A DNA stretch of 64,000 nt, taken from positions 104,842,001 to 104,906,000 of the forward strand of contig NC_043004.1 in assembly GCF_006345805.1 (NCBI RefSeq), in the 5' to 3' direction. The stretch is from Octopus sinensis. Taxonomy: Eukaryota. The notes beneath the pieces were generated by a model that was not told where the DNA came from, did no database searches, and saw only the letters and a list, made by a program, of their open reading frames with translations. The position numbers and the translations under genes are program-made. Below, piece by piece: positions 25,540-37,931 of the stretch (position 1 is the first letter of the stretch; each line of letters starts with the position of its first letter).

Positions 25540-27370
25540 ATCCTCAACAAAAAACAAGAGACACTCCAATTGTAGCGACACTACAGCCCCAACATCATCA
25601 TCAGCATCAGCAGTAGATGCAGCGAAGAAAACAAAAACAATAGCAGCAACACCAACACCACAAGCAATACCAATAGCAGAAGCAATACAAACAATTACAG
25701 CCCCTGCTACAGCAACGACAATAGCAGCAGTAGCAACACTAGCAGTGGCAGCAGGAAAAACGATGTCACTAACAACAGAACCAAAACCTGTAGCCCAGGG
25801 AAATATTGAACCTGATTCCCTCTTATTCTTCCTCTCTCACTTTCCCTCTCTCTCTTTCATCCTCTGTTCCTTCCCGTATCATGCGTTCGGTCCATCCAAG
25901 ATTACTCTCCTCTTTAGTACATACTGACTCTGGGGTCACTAGCGCAGAAGTTATAGGTTTCGAAAAGCGTCCTGATTTGTTGGCATATGCAGACGACGTA
26001 ACTACAACAGTGTCGGATACCAAACATATCGAGGTGATCAACTCTCATTTTAGGGAATATGAGGCAATAACAGGAGTAAAGATTTATCAAAAGCCGTTGG
26101 GTCTGCAGCGTGGCACCCGAAGGAGCAGATCCATGCCATCCAACGGTGTCGTGAGGCATTGGGTACACTGGTTAAATTGCCACGGGTTGTTTGGCCCAGA
26201 TGACCAAATTAACACGAACTGGAGAGAGGTGACGTGCAGGTCGGTTAGTTTCACCCAGAAATGGACAGACAGGGTGCAAAATTTGTTATTTTGTAAGCGA
26301 AGATCGGATTCAATTTAAAGAGTTATAGCCTACTAGACTGCAATCTGGGTAATATAGTCCGTAGATTAAAAGGACACCAGAATGGATGCAACGTGTCAAT
26401 TGTCACGAATTACTATGTACAACGGGGAACATCATGCTAAGAAAACTATCCCAGCTTCGCATTCCAGGAGATCACAATTTATCAAAGTGTCCATTTCCTG
26501 CCACGCGCAATTAATAAAATTGTACAAGATGGATGAACTCTTACCTATGAAGAACCATAGAACATACCAGAATATCAAAGGATGGAGCTAATAAATGCCT
26601 CCATCGCATCCGTCACCTACTATCGTCTGACCATCGAGCTTTACCTTAGTTTATGTCTGACCAAACTGGAACGCATACTCTTCCGCAGTAGAAAGGACGC
26701 GTTCCGCTGGTCAGGCGCTCCATTTGCTGACAACTCCCGCTAAATGGAGGACCTGGCATGTCGTGGCTACTGATGCGCAGACATGTGCTGAGGCTACGAC
26801 ATATCCAGCGGTTCGTTGGCGGTGAGCAGGTATGTTAGCTTTTTGCTGGATGCACTTTTCCGCAGCTTTGATAGATCTGCACTCCCAGACCAAGCAGAGA
26901 CCGAGACAAGACGCTTGACACCTGGAACCTAGAGTGCTGTTAGGCGCTCACAGCCCTCTGTCAGTCAGGCAATATGGTCTGCGGATGTTCCACCGTGTTG
27001 TTCTATAGAGGATTAGTGGTGGGTAAGTGTGATCACGTCCTCGGGAGAATCACTGTCGATGAAAATCAACTGGCTAGTCTTTACCAAAGGATTTTCGGGC
27101 CGGGGCCCGTAGATAATTCCAGAAATCCCTGCCCTAACATTGTTACTGAGAAGGCTTTAATGTTTCGGGACAATCTCTACAAGCATGGCAGTACCGTCAG
27201 CTGCACCTGTTCAAAATATGCACAGAGCAACGAAATCCTCTTGCACGCACTCGTACAATGCTTGTGCATTGCTAACTTGTGGAATTACGTCAAACCTGGC
27301 TCTTTTAGCAGGAAGCGGCACAGAGTTTTCCGTCGTCTGTCGGCTATGGTGAAAGAGGTTGTGTGGTGTA
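25540..27370 (+). mobile_element. Decayed Tx1/L1-like LINE (low-complexity ORF1 tail, RT, C-terminal Cys motif)
   Basis: LLAYADDVTTTV...YEAITGVKI and C..Y....E.LLHALVQC...LW; heavily interrupted. Confidence 0.75.
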
Positions 27371-27394
27371 CGAGATAGACACTTTAATTTTCGG

Positions 27395-27431
<37 letters not shown>

Positions 27432-27719
27432 CAAACATACACAGGCACATTTATGTATATATGTATGTATGTATGTATGTATGTGTATATATATATATAT
27501 ACAGATATATATGTAAATATATACATCTATATATGCATATATACACACATACACACACACGCACACAGAAACAACATATATATATAAACATATATACACA
27601 CGCATATATATACATATACATATGTAGACACACATATATATGTATATATATATATATATTATATATATATATATATTATATATTATATATATATATTATA
27701 TATATATATGTACATATAT

Positions 27720-30700
27720 AACTTAGAATAACTTAGAAAGGTTTTGGCCAGTATTGGCCCAGGCCATGTCTAACTTAATAGCACCACCTGGCGAAGTCTT
27801 TCAATTCAGGATTTGGGCACCAAGGCCTATTCGAGCAGAGAGTTATTGTTTACGGAGACATATCCGGGTGTGGGTGGTTTGTCCGGGACTGTTTGAAGGA
27901 ATTTGTCCAAAGACTTCTTGAATTTTGTGTGGTCAGTTTCTTTTTTGACGTGTCCTGGTGTAATGTTGAAGAGAGCGGGTCCAATTGAGGTGAAATAGTT
28001 GTACCGTATTGTCGTTATGTGATGCGATTTAGATTTTTGTTGTGGACGGATGGCAAGTGATCCAAGCCTTGGATGTATTTTGAAGGTGATGCCAACATCA
28101 TTCGGACAGTGCTGATGGAATATTTTCCACATCATACAGATAATGTAGCGTTCACGGCGTCGTTGGAGTAAATACAGTTTCAGCTTCTCTAGTCTACCAC
28201 AGTAGTCAAGGTCTGACATGCCATCTATCTTTTTTGTGATTGACCTTTGGGGAGCTTCAATTCTCATAATATTTTGTTTTGTGTAGGGAGACCACAGTGG
28301 ACAGCAGTATTCAAGGTGGGGTCGGGCAAAAGTGGAGAAGGGAAGGATAATAGTGTGGGAATCTCTCGACTGGAAGGTTCTGAGAATCCAGGAACACATT
28401 CTGCGGGCCATGTCAACTTTGCTGCTTATATGTGTAGCCCAGCTTATGTTGTTGTCCACTGTTAATCCCAAGTCTCTGATGTTGTTGGACGCCGTGAGAA
28501 TTTATCCAGAAGGAAGGAAGTATGGGAGTTTCAGAGCGTCCTCCCTTCCAAAGTGGATCAGTTCGAATTTGTCTTCGTTTAGCAACATGTTATTCTTTTC
28601 CGCCCATTGGACAACAGCCAGTAGGTCTGACTGAAGGCTTATTCGGTCATCCACGCCATTGATGACCTTCTGGAGCTTGGAATCATCAGCGAAGGTTCTG
28701 ATGTTACTGTGTTTGATGGTGTCAGTAATATCATTTATGTAGATGATGAAGAGAAGTGGGCCCAACACAGTGCCTTGTGGGACACCACTGCTGACTTTGG
28801 CTGGGCTGGATTTGACTCCTTCGACTACAACATGTTGGGTTCTGTTAGACATGAAGCACTTGATCCACTGCAGCAGCTTTCCAGTGACACCAATATTGGA
28901 CAGCTTTCTCAGAAGGATCTTATGATCAACCTGTCAAAGGCCTTGCTGAAATCAAGGTAGATGACATCAGTGTTGGAACCCTCTCCCAAGGCTCTCAAAA
29001 TGTCATCAAAATGATGCAGTAGCTGCGTCAGGCAATCTCTCCCATTACGGAATCCATGCTGGCTGGAGTTCAGCATATTATAACTCTCAAGGAAGTGAGT
29101 CATACGCGATCTCAGTACTCTCTCAAATACGTTAATGATATGAGAGGTGAGTGAGATTGGACGGTAATTCACGGCAAGCGATTTGTTTCCTTTTTTGAAA
29201 ACTGGGACAACAGACTGGGATAGAAGGTCTTCTGGTATATATCCAGCATCCAGTGAGTTCCGCCACAGATTGGCTAGAGGGGGTGCAAGTTGGTTTTGAC
29301 ATATCTTCAAGACACAAGCAGGGAACCTATCGGGACCTACTGCTGAATTATGCTTCATTTCCTTTATTGCTGCTGAGACATCAGGAGCGCCAAAGGTTAT
29401 GTCCGATAAAGTGTATTGGGGAGTAACATCACTGATACAGCCCAGATCAGTCATATCAGGATTGCTGAAAACAGAGCAATATTGTTTCTGCAATATCTCT
29501 CCCATGGTTTTGGCATTGTCTTGAAGAGTACCATTTTCATCAATCAGAGGGCCAACAGTAGAACAGTGACTCTGTGTTTTTTGCAAATGAAAAGAACACT
29601 TTGGGATTGAGTTTGATCTTCTCAATGGCCCAGGCCTCTTCAGCTCTTCGCTGACTATTGATGATAGACATCATGTTGTTTTGGAGTTTATGTTTTTTAA
29701 TCTCTAGCGACGAGATGGCAGTCAGGTTGGTGTGTTGCTGTTGACAGTATTTCAGCTTGTTGATTTTTTTGTTAATTCTTTTAATTTTCCTGATGAGAGA
29801 TTTTCTATTTCTAGGGATTCGACACTTAGATTTGTTTGCAGATCTTAATGGGGTGTGTTTTGCACATATGTTCGTAATGGTGTCTACAAATGACTGCCAG
29901 GACTTTTTGATGTTAGTGGGTGTGTATAATATGCGTGAAGAACCAATCGACTTGTGCAAGATCATTATTGATCGCTTCCCAGTTTGCATTGTGGAAATCC
30001 ATAGTGTCAAATGGATGAACAGGAGGGATGACATTTGTTTTGCATTTTGGCCAGTGAAATCTCAGATCACAGAGAACCATGTCATGGTCGGAGAGTAGGG
30101 TTTTCTCCACTGCAATATTGTGGATAGTATCAGTGTGATTGCTGAAAATTAAGTCTAAGACGTTTTTGTGACATCTCGTGGGTTCGAGTACCAGTTGGGA
30201 CAGGAAGAAATCATCCATGATGTCAAGAAGTGATTCCACTGCCTCCCTGTCAGGGGGTTGAGAGAGAAGAACCTGGCGGCAGACTGTTTGTAGACCAGTC
30301 AACTCCGGGAAGGTTGAAGTCTCCCATCATTAAAATGTTGTCAGGTTGACACTGCTGAATGAAACACTTTATGCTGTTGAGGCATTCCTTGAAGCATGGT
30401 AGGGGCGTTTGGGGTGGTCTGTAGAGCCCAACTACTGTTAAGTTGTTGGTTTGACTGTATACAGCGACTGCTTCGCAGTATCCATTGGAAAATATGTTCA
30501 TGGCTTCTGTTGAGAATGAATCATGGACATAAATGGCAGTCCCACCCTTTCTTCTGCCAGCACGATCAGCACGAATGGTTTTGAAATTTTTAACTTTCAC
30601 CTCGGCTTCCAAGTGGAGGTCACTAAGATGGGTTTCAGTGAGGACGAAGAAAGGGATGTGGTTTGGATGGGCATCGACCCAGTCCTCCAGGAATTTTATC

Positions 30701-31135
30701 TTCCATTTTTGTGTATTGGTGGAAGGGCTGATGCCTTGGGCATTAAGCAAAAATGATGAGGCGAGAGTGGATGGTTTTAATTGTTTTGGTGATTTGTTTA
30801 TTTGATTGCTTTTTAATGGCATGTGCAGTGGGGTAATAGTGGTGGATGGTGGTGGGTGATAGCTCGGATGTTTTTTTCCAGTTCTTTTGCTAGATCCATT
30901 ATAGCTAAAAAAGAGGAAGAAGAGGTTTCCTGTCTAGGGAACTGTAGGTGACTGTGGTTGTGGTTATTTTTATATGAGTGGTTATTTCTATATGAGTCGT
31001 AGGTTTTTTTGCTTTTATTTTTGTTTATAATGTCATTTGTCCGACGAGTCCCCGGGAGATGGGTAAAGGGGCAATCCCTGTGCAAACACAATCTGTCTCG
31101 CTGGGAATAGCGGCAGATTTGGGGATTCCTTGTTT
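27720..31135 (-). mobile_element. CR1-like LINE family L-A: ORF1 tail, near-complete ORF2 (APE + RT) and 3'UTR
   Basis: LNAQGI, LTETHL, GGTAIYV, VVGLYRPP, MGDFNLP, YRPISLTS, YLDFSKAFD, SGVPQGTVLGPLLFIIYIND, FADDSKL; ORF2 is broken into six track ORFs by frameshifts. Confidence 0.95.
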
Positions 31136-31140
31136 GAGAT

Positions 31141-32438
31141 TTTTTTTTTCTAGTTTCAGCTCAGAGCTGCGGCCATGCTGATGCACCGCCGTTTTGTGCT
31201 ACACTGTTATTGCGACGAACCTCGTCTAATATGTGGCACTTGGTGAAGAATGGAGTTTGATACAGTTACTCTCATTTGCACCTCTTGCCCTGAGGTAGGT
31301 TCATCTGGGACTCTTGACAGGAAGATGTCCAGTTTTGATTTAAAAACCGCTACATCTACTTTGTGCAAGTTCCTCAGACTCTTTGGGAAAATACTAAAAA
31401 GCAGTGGGCCCTTGAAACCCAGGCTGGTCCTGAAGCGTGATGGCATTGCTGGGATCTTTGGCACTATGCAGTGTCGTCCCGTTCTAGCATTGGTGTAGCT
31501 TACAATGCCAAAATTTGGCACAATTCCATCCAGGATCTTCCAGACATATATTACTGCATACCTCTCCCGTCTTCTCTCCAGGGAGTAGAGTCATAGCTGT
31601 TTCAACCTTTCCCAGTAGCTGAGCTGTTGCAAAGAGACGATCTTCTTTGTGAATCTTCTCTGAATTGCTTCAAGGTCTGCTGTTTATTTTACACTGGTGG
31701 GTGACCATAGCTGTGAGAAGTAATCCAGGCGACTGAGGACGAATGTCCGCCAGAGGACCATCATGGTTTCCTTATCTCTGGTTCTGAATGTTCTTAGGAT
31801 CCACCCAGCCAGTCGTCTGCACTTTGTCGCCATCCTGGTAATGTGCACTTGGAAAGAGGTATCATCACTCGTGTCGATACCCAGGTCCCTCACAGACTTA
31901 GGCTCTGGGATTGAAATTCCCTGTGGACCGGTGTATCCTGTAAGTTTAATATTCAGTTTTGGATGCTGGTAGCGCAGGGCCTGGAATTTTTCAGCATTAA
32001 ACTGCATATTATTATCCTCAGCCCATCTGTAGATTGAGTCCAACTCCTGCTGCAGGTGTGCAACATCGCTGGGGTTCTGTATTTTCTGCGAGACTTTCGT
32101 ATTGTCTGCATAGCTTGCCAGAGTGGCTATCCGGGCATTTGAGGGCATATCTGAGAGGGCCACTATAAAAAGCAGTGGTCCCAAGACAGTGCCCTGTGGA
32201 ACACCGCTCACTATTTGTGTGTTCATAGAGGTGGCTCCATTAACCACTACTGCCTGACTCCTAGCTTTCAGGAGGTCATGCAACCACACTCCAAGTTTTC
32301 CAGCTATGCCGAGGTCACGTAGTTTGTGGCATATCATACCATGATCCACCTTGTCAAAAGCTTTTGCAAAATCAAGGTAGATTACGTCCACATTTGATTT
32401 GTTGAGTAACTGCCTCAACACCCAGTCATAATGCTGTA

Positions 32439-32440
<2 letters not shown>
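31141..32440 (-). mobile_element. CR1-like LINE family L-B, 5'-truncated (RT to 3' tail)
   Basis: YLDFAKAFDKVDHG, SGVPQGTVLGPLLFIV, SYAD, SLERRRERY; A-rich tail at 31141-31150. Confidence 0.93.
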
Positions 32441-32472
<32 letters not shown>

Positions 32473-32476
<4 letters not shown>

Positions 32477-32665
32477 GAATTTATTAAAAAAAAAACAAAG
32501 GACGAAGACGGATGTGTAAACAACAAACAGATGTATTAGTTTAACGCTCGGGAAGTGAGAAAGTCTTTTACGTTTCGAGCCTACGCTCTTCGACAGAAGG
32601 GAACACAGTAATAAACAGAGAGAGAAAATAGAAAAGGTATAGTGGCTAGCGATCTATCATGGCGA
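32473..32665 (-). mobile_element. ~190 bp TA-flanked non-coding element with a variant hammerhead motif (Penelope pLTR-like)
   Basis: Minus 32600-32565: CCTT-CTGTCGA-A-GAGC gtag GCTC-GAAA-CGTA-AAAG. Confidence 0.55.
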
Positions 32666-32769
32666 ATATATATATATATAGATTTTTCTTGAGAACATTT
32701 CTTAGTGGTAAGACTATAGCAGATCTATTTCTAGCATAAGGGTGTCCACATAGTGGTTTCCCTCTAATT

Positions 32770-32804
<35 letters not shown>

Positions 32805-32873
32805 GTACGACAGCGTCTTACAAATCTAGATTTATATATCGTAAATTTGCAAAAGAATTTGTCGTTCCTTTTT

Positions 32874-32932
32874 ATGGTAAAGCACTGGACGCGTAATCAC
32901 AGAGTTGTCAGTTCGAGTCTCATGGCCGGCCG
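32874..32932 (+). pseudogene. 5'-truncated tRNA-like relic (possibly Thr-CGT) or SINE head
   Basis: TGGTAAAGCA D-loop-like, CGCGTAA loop, GTTCGAGTCT T-loop; no acceptor stem. Confidence 0.35.
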
Positions 32933-33043
32933 CGAACAAATTTTTCTGCAAAATATGGATTAGTTTATCCTGTTCATGCTATATTATTAGCATTATTCTG
33001 CGTTTGAGAAAAAATTATTTCCTTATCTGTATACATACATACA

Positions 33044-33079
<36 letters not shown>

Positions 33080-33284
33080 TATAATATATATATATAATAT
33101 ATATATATAACCAGCTTAGAGAAGGAGAAGAAACGAAACGAAACCAAACGAATCGAATCGAATCGACGCGAAGGCGCTCAGTCATACAATAGTGTAATAA
33201 ATAAAATATATGCATACATACAAACATATATGTACGTACCTACATCTATATGTATATATACATGCATATATAAATATATATACG

Positions 33285-33750
33285 TGTGTACAGGACACCA
33301 TAAATAGACGTAGAACTCAACGAGAAACGAAAACGTAAAAACAGCATGGAACGGACCATTTTTTAACAACGAAAAAACAGAGTACAAGACAATTACACAA
33401 GGAAAATCCCCTTCATCAGCTGTCCCTAGTTCAACTGCAGCGTGTTTCGAAGGTGAGGGCAGAACACGTCTCGTCGAACTAATCCTTCCTGCGAAAGAAT
33501 TAAATAAAATTCCTTTGCAGAGGGGTAAAAACAAGGAAAAATATGTGACAAAAACAGGACGTAAAACAATACAATTAAAAACAAATACAAAATAAAATAC
33601 AATTACAAAAAATACAGTACAAGAAGGAATAGAAACAGGACAGGAAAACAAATGAAGAGGGTCTAAAAGCCTAGACGAGGAAAAAAAAATTTTTCACGAG
33701 CGCAGGAAGAGCCATGTTTACTTGAACAAGGCAGCCGCGGCGAAAGGAGG
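33285..33750 (-). mobile_element. ~460 bp non-coding element containing a rearranged hammerhead-like motif
   Basis: Strongly T-rich on the minus strand; contains CTGATGA, GAAA and three complementary stems at 33408-33468. Confidence 0.55.
33408..33468 (-). ncRNA. Candidate non-circularly permuted hammerhead ribozyme
   Basis: CGTGT-T-CTGCCCT-cac-CTTC-GAAA-CACG-ctgcagttgaact-AGGGACAG-CTGATGA-A-GGGG; stems I, II and III can all form. Confidence 0.5.
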
Positions 33751-33760
33751 CGACGGGCTT

Positions 33761-33914
33761 CTTTCAGTTTCCGTCTATCAAATCCACTCACAAGGCTTTG
33801 GTCGGCCTGTGGCTGTAGTAGAAGATACTTGCCCAAAGTGCCACGCAGTGGGACTTAACCCGGAACCATGTGGTTGGTTAGCAAGCTTCTTACCACACAG
33901 CCACTCCTGCGCCT
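33761..33914 (-). mobile_element. SINE family A 5' half
   Basis: Head motifs. Confidence 0.85.
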
Positions 33915-34227
33915 ATATTACAATGAATACAGAGATTAATATATCTGCAATTTTTATTCTTATTTCTACTGTCAATTATTTAGCCTTTTTAATTTGAGTC
34001 AAATGTACGTTTTTTTCTGCATAGACATCTATCCATTGCATTTGCATCCAGTCGCTTTCGTCTAGGTTATTAGTATATTCAACTTTATTCAATGTCCGCC
34101 CACTGACTCGATGCGGTTAGCCATAACTTGGACTACAGCTGAGTGCTCGTACGGTAACCTTATCTATTTATTATGTGTGTGTGTGTATGTGTGTGTGTGT
34201 GTTTATGTGTGAGTGTGTGTGTGGTGT

Positions 34228-34266
<39 letters not shown>

Positions 34267-34441
34267 TGTGTAAATATTTCTGCATAAATGTTATTCTCTG
34301 AGAAACTTTCTCACCCACACACATATACTACCATGCGTGCACAGATACAACTTCACAAATATACTGACATGCATAATTTCACACAAACACACACAATCAC
34401 ACACCACACACACACACACACACAACACACCCACATACACA

Positions 34442-34472
<31 letters not shown>

Positions 34473-34475
<3 letters not shown>

Positions 34476-34893
34476 CGCAGGAGTGGCTGTGTGGTAAGTA
34501 GCTTGTTTACCAACCACATGGTTCCGGGTTCAGTCCCACTGCGTGGCATCTTGGGCTAGTGTCTTCTACTATAGCTCGGGCCGACCAAGCCTTGTGAGTG
34601 GATTTGGTAGACGGAAACTGAAAGAAGCCTGTTCTATATATGTATATATATTATGTGTGTATGTGTGGTGTGTGTGTGTTTGTGTGTCTGTGTTTGTCCC
34701 CCTAGCATTGCTTGACAACCGATGCTGGTGTGTTTACGTCCCCGTAACTTAGCGGTTCGGCAAAAGAGACCGATAAAATAAGTACTGGGCTTACAAAGAA
34801 TAAGTCCCAGGGTCGATTTGCTCGACTAAAGGCGGTGCTGCAGCATGGCCGCAGTCAAATGACTAAAACAAGTAAAAGAGTAAAAGAGTAAGA

Positions 34894-34895
<2 letters not shown>
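34473..34895 (+). mobile_element. Full-length SINE family A
   Basis: Same layout as 14418-14815. Confidence 0.9.
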
Positions 34896-34932
<37 letters not shown>

Positions 34933-35515
34933 GAGACACACACTTGTGTATTGGTGTAAATCGAAAGAGGAATCGAATTGACAATGGAATCGAACCTTGA
35001 AAGCTGACATCTACAGAATTCCTCGAATGTAATTGTTTAAGAAGTGTTGGTATCCTGTTGTTGGTGCAAATTTGAATTGTTCGCCGGATATGACGTCTTT
35101 CGGACGTTTTTTCCGACTTCTGCCGGACTGGCACATCCTCTCAAAAGCTAAGTAGAGTATCGAAGGAGGGAAAAGAGAATAAGAGAGACAGAGTGAGTGG
35201 GAAGGAGAGAAGGAGAGCGGAAGCGTGAAAAAGGGAGAGCTCTTTGAACATCTGTGTGATTAGGTGCAATTAAGTAACAATGTAGAACACTGTCGATTCT
35301 GGCAATGGGGCCCGGTTTCGCATCACTTCAAAATTTGTTCTTATCTGTGGCCGTGTGACTAAGAAGTCTGTTTTCCAACAATATGGTGTTAGGTTCTGAC
35401 CCATTACGCGGTAACTGGTCTATCGGCACCATCCTCAATGTATCTACATTAAGTATGATACACAGACAACTTAACAGTATTCTTGTTGAAGAGGTTGTGG
35501 GAAAATGTTTGGGAT

Positions 35516-35993
<478 letters not shown>

Positions 35994-36400
35994 GTTGTAG
36001 ATGAAAAATGGGAAAAATATAATCTGGAAGTATTGTAAAACTACGAATAAACAGGAATTAACTTAGTCTATGCAATCAGGACACTAATAATTAAAGTATC
36101 TATACCGCGTGTTTTATGAATAAATATTCACACAGTGATCATATGTTTAATAAACATATATTTAGTCTTGCTGTGATATCAGACCTAAGAGAATTTGGCG
36201 GCAACGAATGAGAATGGGAGCAATTTGGTTCGTCTTCTTTAAAACTCGTCAGTGATAGCTTAGTTCTGCCTTGCAAACTGATGAAAGTGAGTAGAATGTA
36301 GAAACGACATACTTAAAACGTAAAACAAGACTGTGAGTCGATTAATTCATTTACATAAGGCCGGGTATTAATAATTAGAATAACTAGGATAACTGATTTG

Positions 36401-36443
36401 CTACAGACTCATGTTTCTGCCTCACTAGATCTCATCAGCATAG
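36401..36443 (-). ncRNA. Decayed type I hammerhead motif
   Basis: CTATG-CTGATGA-GATCTAGTGAGGCA-GAAA-CATGA-GTC-TGTAG; core and GUC intact, stem II broken. Confidence 0.4.
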
Positions 36444-36885
36444 TATTGTCCTTTTCGCCTCAGAAGCAGATAGAGACGTATGATATATAGAAAAAGAGTT
36501 GAAAACACTCTAATCCAAGGGCCAATTGCATAATCAAAAGGAAAATAACTAAAAGGGAACAGTATCGTGTATTTAGATTATGAAATCTGTGGAGTGTGTA
36601 CTAAATGCCGTACACAATACATTCTTAATTTTCTTATATATTTCCTTCGTGGAAACTGAGTCTGTAATGAGGTACAATTGGTCCCTTGTCACTGTGGCCG
36701 TCACAAAAGCAATACACCAATGACTGGCCTTCTCACAAATCTGTTTCTATGGACAGCATTGTTCAACAGCTGAGATATAAAGTGACGAATTGAGTTCTAT
36801 ATTCCATAATGTTTCCACCGTATAAAATAGGTTTTAATGTACTTTATAGCTCTTAAATCTCTCCAACACTCTGTCTGTCTGTCCT

Positions 36886-36960
<75 letters not shown>

Positions 36961-36993
36961 ATATATATATAATATATATATATAATATATATT

Positions 36994-37059
<66 letters not shown>

Positions 37060-37067
37060 ATATTACA

Positions 37068-37106
<39 letters not shown>

Positions 37107-37107
<1 letters not shown>

Positions 37108-37505
37108 GGCGCAGGAGTGGCTGTGTGGTAAGTAGCTTGCTAACCAACCACATGGTTCCGGGTTCAGTCCCACTGCGTGGCATTTTGGGCAAGTGTCTTC
37201 TGCTATAGCCCCGGCCGACCAATGCCTTGTGAGTGGATTTGGTAGACGGAAACTGAAAGAAGCCCGTCGTATATATGTATATATATGTATGTCTGTATTT
37301 GCGTGCCTGTGTTTGTCCCCCTAGCATTGCTTGACAACCAATGCTGGTGTGTTTACGTCCCCGTCACTTAGCGGTTTGGCAAAAGAGACCGATAGAATAA
37401 GTACTGGGCTTACAAAGAATAAGTCCTGGGGTCGATTTGCTCGATTTGGCCGCAGTCAAATGACTGAAACAAGTAAAAGAGTAAAAGAGTAAAAAGAGAA
37501 AGAGT
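37107..37505 (+). mobile_element. Full-length SINE family A within long (TA)n arrays
   Basis: Family A layout. Confidence 0.9.
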
Positions 37506-37650
37506 ATACATATATATATTATATATTATATATATGTATATGTATGTATGTATATATTATGTATATGTATGTATATATATATGTATATATATATATGTGT
37601 ATATATATGTATATATATATATATTATATATATATATATATTATATATAT

Positions 37651-37683
<33 letters not shown>

Positions 37684-37859
37684 TATAGAAATATGTTTCA
37701 AAAAGAAAATAGAAACTACACGTGGAAGAGATATGGGGAAAGTCAGAAGAAATACTAGGACGTCCGCACAAAGTCAGTAATGGGTAGGACTGTTTTACAA
37801 GTCTGACTCTGTGTGGACGTCCTAGTATGCAGTCCTACAAATTATATTCATCTGGACGG

Positions 37860-37931
37860 TCGCACTGATGATCTACGGACATTTATGTAAGTAAAATTAC
37901 ATAATACGTTAATAGTGAAACATGTATACGA
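37860..37931 (+). ncRNA. Decayed type I hammerhead with extended stem II
   Basis: TCGCA-CTGATGA-...TTATGTAA gtaaaa TTACATAA...-GAAA-CATG-TA-TACGA; palindromic ACATGT stem III, GUA triplet, stem I 4 of 5 paired. Confidence 0.4.
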
